Part shown: positions 56,596-64,000 of the stretch, piece after piece | How positions within the stretch are numbered: position 1 is the first letter of the stretch | How the letters are laid out: each line of letters begins with the position of its first letter | IMG/VR virus record: IMGVR_UViG_3300035180_000246 | Span: 1-64,000 of that record | Direction: 5' to 3' (one strand) | Source of the DNA: a virus | Length of the DNA stretch: 64,000 bases | The notes under the pieces: model-generated | Told to the model about the DNA's origin: nothing | What the model saw: only the letters and a program-made list of their open reading frames with translations | Databases searched by the model: none | Position numbers and translations under genes: made by a program

Positions 56596-57780
56596 ATGGC
56601 TCAAATTTTTGGTACAGGCGATAATGCCACGATTAACGGTACTGGTGCTACTCAGATCCAGCAACAGTATTACTATAAGAAAGCTCTTATTGATCTTGTC
56701 AAAGATCAGCACTTTATGCCATTGGCTGATGTGCGCTCTATGCCTAAGAACTTTGGTAAAACAATTAAACAATACCACTATCTACCTTTACTAGATGATC
56801 GTAACGTAAACGACCAAGGTCTTGATGCTAACGGTGCTACTATTGCGAACGGTAACTTATATGGTTCATCTAAAGACATCGGTACTATCTCAGGTAAGTT
56901 ACCTGCATTGTCTGAAACTGGTGGACGTGTAAACCGTGTTGGTTTCAAACGTTTAGAATTGCAAGGCTCTTTTAATAAGTTTGGTTTCTTTGATGAGTAC
57001 ACTCAAGAGTCTTTAGACTTTGACACTGATGCAGAATTGGAAATGCATGTTACTCGTGAAGCTTTACGTGGTGCTAACTACATGACTGAAGCTGCTTTAC
57101 AGATCGACTTGTTAAATGCTGCTGGTGTAGTTCGTTATGCTGGTGTAGCTACTTCAAACGCTACTATTACAGGTGAAGGTGCTACGCCTTCTGTAGTTTC
57201 TTATACTGACTTAATGAAGTTAGGTATTACTTTAGATAACAACCGTTGTCCTAAGCAGACTACATACATGAAAGGTTCAACAATGTTTGATACTGCAACT
57301 ATTCCTAGTGCACGTAGTCTATTCGTTGGTACTGAGCTGATCCCTACAATCCGTGGAATGAAAGATCTGTTTGGTAATCAAGCATTTATTCCTGTACAGC
57401 GTTATGCTGCTGCTGGTGCGATTCTTCCTCATGAATATGGTACTATTGATCAGTTCCGTATTATTGTTAACTTAGACATGGCTAAATGGGCAGGTGCTGG
57501 TGCATCAGCTACTTCTGCTAATTTAGGTTACCAAACTACTTCTGGTAAATATGATGTGTTCCCAATGTTAACTGTTGGTTCTGGTTCATTTACTGCTATT
57601 GGTTTCCAAACTGATGGTAAGACTGTTAAGTTTGTGATTAAGCATAGAAAACCAAGTGATAATATCACTACTCAAGATCCTTACGGTGAAGTTGGTTTCC
57701 ACTCTATTAAATGGTACTACGGCTTTATGGCTTTACGTCCAGAATGGATTGGTCTTGTTAAAACTGTAGCTCCAGTTTAA
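56596..57780 (+). CDS. Major capsid protein (N4 gp56-like)
   Basis: [59 protein letters not shown]. Confidence 0.96.
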   Translation: MAQIFGTGDNATINGTGATQIQQQYYYKKALIDLVKDQHFMPLADVRSMPKNFGKTIKQYHYLPLLDDRNVNDQGLDANGATIANGNLYGSSKDIGTISGKLPALSETGGRVNRVGFKRLELQGSFNKFGFFDEYTQESLDFDTDAELEMHVTREALRGANYMTEAALQIDLLNAAGVVRYAGVATSNATITGEGATPSVVSYTDLMKLGITLDNNRCPKQTTYMKGSTMFDTATIPSARSLFVGTELIPTIRGMKDLFGNQAFIPVQRYAAAGAILPHEYGTIDQFRIIVNLDMAKWAGAGASATSANLGYQTTSGKYDVFPMLTVGSGSFTAIGFQTDGKTVKFVIKHRKPSDNITTQDPYGEVGFHSIKWYYGFMALRPEWIGLVKTVAPV

Positions 57781-57790
57781 TTGAGCTAAT

Positions 57791-57816
57791 TAAGTAGAGG
57801 GGTAACCCTCTACTTA
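57791..57816 (+). terminator. Strong hairpin after MCP (terminator or stability element)
   Basis: TAAGTAGAGGG-GTAA-CCCTCTACTTA perfect 11-bp stem; weak U-tract. Confidence 0.6.
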
Positions 57817-57860
57817 TCAATTCTTATTAATATAATAAATTAATTTAAAGGTACAAGAAT

Positions 57861-58418
57861 ATGTCTGATGAAATGCTAAATGATGTACAAGAAGAGAGTA
57901 CACTGGATGAGCTTACTATGCTTAAAGCTAGAGCTGACCAACTAGGTATTAACTACCACCACAAAGTAGGTTTAGAGAAGTTACGTAAAATGGTTAATGA
58001 TGCTATTAACGGTGATTCTGAAGAAGTAGAGGAAGCTTCTGATGCACTTACAGAGCATCAACAACGTATGAAAATTCGTGAAGATATGATGGCTCTAGTA
58101 CGTGTCAACATCCATTGTAATGATCCAGCTAAGAAAGAATGGCCTGGTGAGATTATCACTGTATCCAACTCTGTACTTGAAGCTAAAAAGTATGTTAAAT
58201 ATGATACCACTGAAGGTTATCACATTCCTTACATTATCTATCTTGCCCTTAAAGACAAAGAGATTCAATTGTTCCGCACAATTAAGTCAGATAAGGGTAT
58301 AGATATCAAAGAACCTTATCTAGCTAAAGCATATGCTATTGAAGTTATGCCTCCACTTACTCAGAAAGAATTGGAGCAATTAGCTGCTGATCAACGTGCT
58401 CGACATGCTATTGATTAA
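57861..58418 (+). CDS. N4 gp55-like protein
   Basis: LKARA..LGI....G.EKLR, PAKKE.PGEI.TV.N, V.PPLT..EL. Confidence 0.85.
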   Translation: MSDEMLNDVQEESTLDELTMLKARADQLGINYHHKVGLEKLRKMVNDAINGDSEEVEEASDALTEHQQRMKIREDMMALVRVNIHCNDPAKKEWPGEIITVSNSVLEAKKYVKYDTTEGYHIPYIIYLALKDKEIQLFRTIKSDKGIDIKEPYLAKAYAIEVMPPLTQKELEQLAADQRARHAID

Positions 58419-58443
58419 TTAATAATAAAGTAACATACCTTTT

Positions 58444-58469
58444 CACCTCCTGCTGAGGAGGTGCTTTTT
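58444..58469 (+). terminator. Rho-independent terminator
   Basis: CACCTCCT-GCTG-AGGAGGTG followed by CT5. Confidence 0.75.
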
Positions 58470-58490
58470 ACATAAGATTTAGGAAATACT

Positions 58491-59150
58491 ATGCCAATTA
58501 CGATAAATACAGATGATTTTAAAGCTATTGTAGATAATGATCCAGTAGCAAATACCTCTGGATTTTTTACTGAATTGATGACTAGTATTAATGCTTATGT
58601 AAAAGGTGAATTCAGTTCTGGACGTATTACAGGTACAGAATATGCTACTGTATACTTAGGAGCTATGCAGAGTGCTATTGCTCAGTCAGTACAATATGCT
58701 TCACAAAAAGCTACTAGTGATGCTCAAGTAGCTTTACTTGGTGCTCAAAAATTACAAGTAGAAGCCGAGATTGCTAAAATAGATGCTGAAACTTTAAATG
58801 TACCTAAACAAGGTGCTTTATTAGATGCACAAGTATTAGAGGCTTATAAAGATATCGATTTAAAAGGTGCTGAAATTGGTAAGACAGATGCTGAAACAGC
58901 TTTATTACCTAAACAAGGTGATTTACTAGACGCAAAAATAGCAAGTGAACGGAAGTCTCTAGACGTAGCTGACCAGCAGATAGCACTATACAGTGCTCAA
59001 GCAAAAGGCTTTGCTGATAAATCTAAAGTAGATTCAGCTAAAGTATTGTCTGATATTTTGAGTATGCGTATGTCTTTAAGTAATGATGTCTCTACTGGTC
59101 AAAGTATTTCAGATGCTTTCAACAGTACTCAAAGTAAACTACCTTACTAA
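58491..59150 (+). CDS. N4 gp54-like structural protein
   Basis: G.F..LM....EF..GRITG.EYA.VY; Q..LY..Q. Confidence 0.8.
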   Translation: MPITINTDDFKAIVDNDPVANTSGFFTELMTSINAYVKGEFSSGRITGTEYATVYLGAMQSAIAQSVQYASQKATSDAQVALLGAQKLQVEAEIAKIDAETLNVPKQGALLDAQVLEAYKDIDLKGAEIGKTDAETALLPKQGDLLDAKIASERKSLDVADQQIALYSAQAKGFADKSKVDSAKVLSDILSMRMSLSNDVSTGQSISDAFNSTQSKLPY

Positions 59151-59174
59151 TTATCTATAACTTGAGTAGTTGAT

Positions 59175-61328
59175 ATGAGTGCAATCATAGATGCCATAGG
59201 AAGTGCTATTACAAGTGTTTCTAATGCATTAGGTATTAAAGATGTTTTAGATAGTGCATTTAGAGGTTCTGAAATTGTAGTTGCATCTGCTAGTTTTAGC
59301 AGACTTTATTCTATAAAGTTAGATATGCCTATAGTAAAACAGACAGCAATATCAGCTCTACTTGGTAATAGAAGTGTTGTAGATGAATTAATACTTACAA
59401 TTCAGAAATCTCCTGCACGTAATCTTGAAAAAGCTTATGCATATGCGATGAGTCAGCAGACAAGTGAAACTTACGCATACTCTGCATCTTATGTAGCAGC
59501 AATGGATATATATTCTCAAGACACTATTGATTATACCAATTCAGTAAATGATATTAAAAATAGTGTAACGTTCACTGTAGTAAACTCTAAGGGTAGTGTA
59601 GTAAAAACTTATGTAGGATATGATAATCTACTAAATGCTCTAAATGCCTCTGATGCAGATACCAAATTTCCGACAATAGCCACGGAAGTACTTCCTAGTA
59701 CTACACCTAAAACTTATACGTATAACTATCAGAAACAAAATGCATTAAATGCTTTAGCACAAGCTGATACTCAAATAGATGCTATATCTGCACCTACATT
59801 TAATCCACCTACCCAATTAGGTTATTATTACTACCGCTTACCTGATATCCAGTCTTCTGGATTTTTAGCAACTAATTTAGAAAGCTACCCTATCATCATT
59901 ATTAAAAGAGAAGGTGGGTATGCGGCAACAGACTCAGATGAATATAACAGTACACTAAAGTTAAGCAATTTTTATGGGTTTGACTACGATTCATTGAAAA
60001 AAAGTATCTTAAATATCGATACTCCAGATGTAAAAGCTGCTGGAGTAATGTTAGGTGTAGATTTGTTTTCAAATACAGTAGCAGCTAAACAATATATCTC
60101 AGGATTTTTTGATTCCATAATTCCTTATGGCACTACTCAGCCTATAGAAGAAATTTCATATGTAAATAGTTATCAAGAAAGTGGTACAACTCTTGAAGAA
60201 GTTATTACATATATAAACCCTTATATTAAAGTTTCAGAATCAAGTATAAACTTGTTTATTACTATAAAAACTTCTACAAAGTATACTACTAATACTTCTG
60301 ACTCGGAGTTCTTACAGCGTTTACATGATAGCCCTACTGTTGATGTAGTAAGAACTGATGATAATGGTAAATATAGTATAAACATAAATAAGTACGTAAA
60401 TGATTCTAGCTACTTATCTATATATGTTGAAGACTTTACTCTACAAACTTACGTAGCTACAGACACATCCTATCATGGTACAGAGATAGGTATGTTTACA
60501 TTCAAGTCTTCTGCAACAGTTGCTACAGATAGTACAGATCCACTCATCTTACCCCTATTGAGAGCACCTTACTTACTTCTAGGCCCATTAGATAGAATAG
60601 ATTTAAGTAGAGAGTCTGGATTTCTGATAATGATGTCTGCTCAAGTTGTTGCCCTAACTTGGGTACAAGAACATGCTGCGCTTATTCAAGTTATTGCAGT
60701 AGTTTTTGCTGTGTTTACTATGGGGCAATCTTTAGCTGTCGTAGGTACTGCTACAGCTACAACTGCAGCAGGAGTAGCCACTACTACAGTAACTTACAGT
60801 ATATCTGCTCTTGTTATAAATTTTGCAGTAAATGTAGTTATTATATTGGCAATAAAAGAACTTGCTATTAAGTTATTTCCTGACAATGAATTTGTACAAC
60901 TAGCCGCTACTGCACTCACTATGTACTACCTTAGTGATTCCGACTTTTCTAGTGGTAATAGTTTGGAAGATGTACTTAATGATCGTAGTTTAATTGACAA
61001 CATGTTAAAATATTCACAAGCAGCTATAGATGTTTATAATCAAGGTTTGCAAGAAAAACTTAAAAAAGATAAGGAACAGTATACTGTTGAGCTTAATAAG
61101 CTTACAGAAGAGTATAATGAAAATGCTGCAAAATTGGAAGCATTACCTCAACTCACTGATTTAGTTAGAGAAGATTTCAGAAATGGTGTTTTATTAAGAA
61201 ATAAAGTTAAACCGTCAGAAACAGTTGATATGTTTTATACTAGAACTTTAAATAGTAATTTAGCTGAAGTATCTACAAACCCTTCATATTACTACAATAG
61301 TAAATTGAGTTTAAATAACATAGCATAA
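59175..61328 (+). CDS. N4 gp53-like structural/tail protein
   Basis: Synteny; C-terminal hydrophobic helices, coiled coil, E....F..RTL. Confidence 0.65.
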   Translation: MSAIIDAIGSAITSVSNALGIKDVLDSAFRGSEIVVASASFSRLYSIKLDMPIVKQTAISALLGNRSVVDELILTIQKSPARNLEKAYAYAMSQQTSETYAYSASYVAAMDIYSQDTIDYTNSVNDIKNSVTFTVVNSKGSVVKTYVGYDNLLNALNASDADTKFPTIATEVLPSTTPKTYTYNYQKQNALNALAQADTQIDAISAPTFNPPTQLGYYYYRLPDIQSSGFLATNLESYPIIIIKREGGYAATDSDEYNSTLKLSNFYGFDYDSLKKSILNIDTPDVKAAGVMLGVDLFSNTVAAKQYISGFFDSIIPYGTTQPIEEISYVNSYQESGTTLEEVITYINPYIKVSESSINLFITIKTSTKYTTNTSDSEFLQRLHDSPTVDVVRTDDNGKYSININKYVNDSSYLSIYVEDFTLQTYVATDTSYHGTEIGMFTFKSSATVATDSTDPLILPLLRAPYLLLGPLDRIDLSRESGFLIMMSAQVVALTWVQEHAALIQVIAVVFAVFTMGQSLAVVGTATATTAAGVATTTVTYSISALVINFAVNVVIILAIKELAIKLFPDNEFVQLAATALTMYYLSDSDFSSGNSLEDVLNDRSLIDNMLKYSQAAIDVYNQGLQEKLKKDKEQYTVELNKLTEEYNENAAKLEALPQLTDLVREDFRNGVLLRNKVKPSETVDMFYTRTLNSNLAEVSTNPSYYYNSKLSLNNIA

Positions 61329-61339
61329 AGGAACACGAT

Positions 61340-61840
61340 ATGGCTGATAATCCTTACGATAGTGGTCTTAATTACAGTTTAGGTTCTCCTGTTAAAAAAC
61401 CTAATCCATACATTATGAACATGGGTGTATCAAGCAACTTTGGTACAGATAATACCCCTGTAACTGGTGCAGACACTAAGATTAATCCTTCACTAGATTT
61501 TGGTGGTGGTGGTAATCCTACTCCAGGTTCTGGCTCTGGTTTAGGAGGTTTATTAGATTCTTTAGGTGGAATGGATGGTCTTTCTAAGTTTGGTTCTGCT
61601 ATTGGCGGTATAATGACTGCTATGAATGGGCATGAACTTGGTAGTATCATGCGAGATCAGTATAATACAGCTAAAGCTAATACCAATATTGGTTTAGATA
61701 ACCAAGGACGTATTGCTAATACTACTAACGGTATCCAAGGATACTTAAGGGGTGGTGCTCAAGGTTTAACTGGTAATAGTTTAAATGCATTTAATGATAA
61801 ATATGTACAGGAACATGCACTAAGTAGTGCAAGAGTTTAA
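61340..61840 (+). CDS. N4 gp52-like Gly-rich ejection protein
   Basis: Gly-rich, 166 aa, synteny. Confidence 0.65.
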   Translation: MADNPYDSGLNYSLGSPVKKPNPYIMNMGVSSNFGTDNTPVTGADTKINPSLDFGGGGNPTPGSGSGLGGLLDSLGGMDGLSKFGSAIGGIMTAMNGHELGSIMRDQYNTAKANTNIGLDNQGRIANTTNGIQGYLRGGAQGLTGNSLNAFNDKYVQEHALSSARV

Positions 61841-61851
61841 GGAATAAGTAT

Positions 61852-63777
61852 ATGGCAGCGTATGTACCAACGTTTACACAAGTTAAAGCACCTGAGTTTG
61901 ATTCTAAAGGTATGTACCTTGCCAATAACATGTTTAGCCAAGGACTAAACAGTGTTGTAAATGTATTTAAAGATGAAGCAGCTAAGCAGAAGGAAGATAA
62001 TACTTATGCAGCTATAGGTAGGATTAAGCAAGCAGCTCAAGAGGGTATTACTAGAAACGATCAAGTACAGGCTGCTTATTCAGATCCAGGTATAGCTACA
62101 TTTGATGCTAATGATGCTGCTAATTTAAGAGCTTCACAAGCTAGTTCTGCTCCTACTCAATTAAGTGAAATGCTTAATCAGTATACTGAAAATAGGGGTA
62201 CTACTCCTATCGACTTGAGATTACTTAATCAACAGTACGATACTACCAATAAGGATATGCAGGATAGGTTTGATCATCGTGAAGATCTAAGTATGAAGTT
62301 ACATGATGCCTCTACTAAAGAAGATCAGTGGAATCAAACTTATTCGGCTGGTAGAACAGATGCTGCGAATACTCAAAGTAATGCTGAAGCAAGATTGAAG
62401 AATGATCAGGCAAGATTAGCTGGTGAAGCTACAGAAAGATCACAACGTATGAGGTATTCGACAGAAGATCATCAACGTAGTAAAGATATTTACGATGCTG
62501 GTTTAGCTCAAAATAGTATACTAAATGGTAGTAAAGTTTTTGAGAATGGTCTAGTAGGTGATTTATCTATACCTGCAGGAGATGGTAATGCAGTTACAGT
62601 AAGTAAAGCTGATCATGATTTAGTACTTCAAGATCCAACTAAAGTAAATGATATTGCTACTAAATACGGCGTAACTGCTGCACAATTTATGGATACGTTG
62701 GGTGCTGCTAAAGCTGATAGGGCAGCGCAAGTAAAGAACTTCATAAGTTCTGGTATAAATACTGGTAGCTACACCCCTAGAGCAAAGCAACTACTAGCTA
62801 ATACATTATCTGGTGAATTGACAAAGTATACAGGGCAGATTCCTAGTACTGTAGAAGCTGCGGCTAGTAATAATAATGGCCAATTAACTTCTGGATTTAA
62901 CAGTGTGGTAAATGCCACTAATAATGTATTCAAAGATAACATTGCACATGCTTTAACGTATACTAAAGGTAGTGATGGTAACTATGGTTTTAGTATTGAT
63001 CCTGAAGCGTTTACGCAAATTACAGGAATGTCTGTGAATGATCCTAGAGCTGCAGAAAGGGTACAAAAGATAACTGAGTATGCAAACAAAGCAGGGGTAG
63101 ATAGCAACTTTTCAGCTTTACTGAAAAATACTAAAGCATCTGGTATACCTAGTTTAATTGCACAACAAGCTAAAACACTTCAAGATAATGTAGCTGATGC
63201 AGCTAAAAAACAAAGTGCAGATTTAGATGCTCAGCTTAATGCTAAAAAAGCTCATGTACTGAATCCTAGTGAAATTTCTAGCTATTTTGAAAATACTGCT
63301 AAAGAGTTTGGATCTAGTCCCGAAGCAACTAATGGATCTAAGATTGCTGCGTCTTTATTACAGAATGTAGTTTTAGATCCAACCTTATCAAGGGTAGTAA
63401 ATGAAAAGTTCATAGATGACTTTAAGCAAAGATTGGCTAATACTGGTATTTTTGAAGATCGCAAAGGTAAGGTATTTAGTATAGATAGAGACTATAGTGA
63501 TATATACAGAACCTTTACTGATACTTTAGCAGATAATGGAGTAATTGATACAGACACTGCTGATAAAATGAGGGAAAAGGCAGGAACTAACTACAGCCTT
63601 TTACCTGGTTTTTCAGATTTAGATCAACCAGGTGTAGCATATAAGGAAAGTGTAGCAAAAGCTGCTTCAAATGTACGTACAGCTTTAAGTGATTATATGA
63701 AAACTAAACCTAATCCAGCTAACACTCTAAATGCTTTAGGAAACAATGCAACTCTAACGACGTACCCTAACAAATAA
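61852..63777 (+). CDS. N4 gp51-like ejection / internal virion protein
   Basis: A/Q/N-rich helical 641 aa; synteny before vRNAP. Confidence 0.65.
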   Translation: MAAYVPTFTQVKAPEFDSKGMYLANNMFSQGLNSVVNVFKDEAAKQKEDNTYAAIGRIKQAAQEGITRNDQVQAAYSDPGIATFDANDAANLRASQASSAPTQLSEMLNQYTENRGTTPIDLRLLNQQYDTTNKDMQDRFDHREDLSMKLHDASTKEDQWNQTYSAGRTDAANTQSNAEARLKNDQARLAGEATERSQRMRYSTEDHQRSKDIYDAGLAQNSILNGSKVFENGLVGDLSIPAGDGNAVTVSKADHDLVLQDPTKVNDIATKYGVTAAQFMDTLGAAKADRAAQVKNFISSGINTGSYTPRAKQLLANTLSGELTKYTGQIPSTVEAAASNNNGQLTSGFNSVVNATNNVFKDNIAHALTYTKGSDGNYGFSIDPEAFTQITGMSVNDPRAAERVQKITEYANKAGVDSNFSALLKNTKASGIPSLIAQQAKTLQDNVADAAKKQSADLDAQLNAKKAHVLNPSEISSYFENTAKEFGSSPEATNGSKIAASLLQNVVLDPTLSRVVNEKFIDDFKQRLANTGIFEDRKGKVFSIDRDYSDIYRTFTDTLADNGVIDTDTADKMREKAGTNYSLLPGFSDLDQPGVAYKESVAKAASNVRTALSDYMKTKPNPANTLNALGNNATLTTYPNK

Positions 63778-63845
63778 GGTAGTATAGCTCGGTAAAGTAG
63801 GTTATATTAATAACAATATTAGTAACAAATTTAAGGTAATTTTAC

Positions 63846-64000
63846 ATGTTAGCTACAGGTATTCTAGATGGTTCAGTAAATAGTGAAGCTTATGCTAATC
63901 TACTAGTAAGTAAACTAAGTTCAGTACAAGAAGCTTTGCAACAGAAACGGGCTGAAGGTATTGAACCTACTGCAACTGCATATAAACCTGAAGGCGATAC
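63846..64000 (+). CDS. 5' start of a large ORF, probably virion RNA polymerase (N4 gp50), truncated by window
   Basis: ATG at 63846 with AAGG RBS, open to window end; assignment by synteny only. Confidence 0.45.
   Translation, partial: MLATGILDGSVNSEAYANLLVSKLSSVQEALQQKRAEGIEPTATAYKPEGD

Noticed and set aside
33583-63464. Minus-strand and alternate-frame ORFs in the late arm (e.g. 33583, 35039, 35272, 45921, 50886, 52123, 55476, 61372)
   Set aside because: Overlap strong genes; only the Rz1 frame has independent support (lipobox)
1-64000. Stop-codon reassignment
   Set aside because: Core genes are full length in the standard code, TAG and TGA both end genes, and no suppressor tRNA was found

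Overview
About 64 kb of an AT-rich N4-like podophage genome (Schitoviridae-type gene set and order), apparently circularly permuted. Left arm (1-33.4 kb, minus strand): early and middle genes, including a T7-family RNA polymerase that looks like an N4 gp15+gp16 fusion, many small paralogous early genes, a MoxR ATPase/vWA pair, ThyX, NrdAB, DNA polymerase, primase, Sak4-like ATPase, SSB, dCMP deaminase, two tRNAs, one aberrant tRNA-like RNA, and a Tad2/Acb2/Tad1-like anti-defence cluster. Right arm (33.6-64 kb, plus strand): terminase, tail and depolymerase island, lysis cassette, portal, major capsid, ejection proteins, and the probable start of the virion RNAP. Most unusual are two enzyme modules inside the late operon: a GNAT-like gene, an acyl carrier protein and a compact ketosynthase whose stop overlaps the portal start (51.26-52.96 kb), and a cupin plus an asparagine-synthetase-like PP-loop gene after the terminase (36.3-38.1 kb). 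Together they may form a phage-encoded acylation or biosynthetic system. All calls come from motif recognition by eye; no database searches were run.
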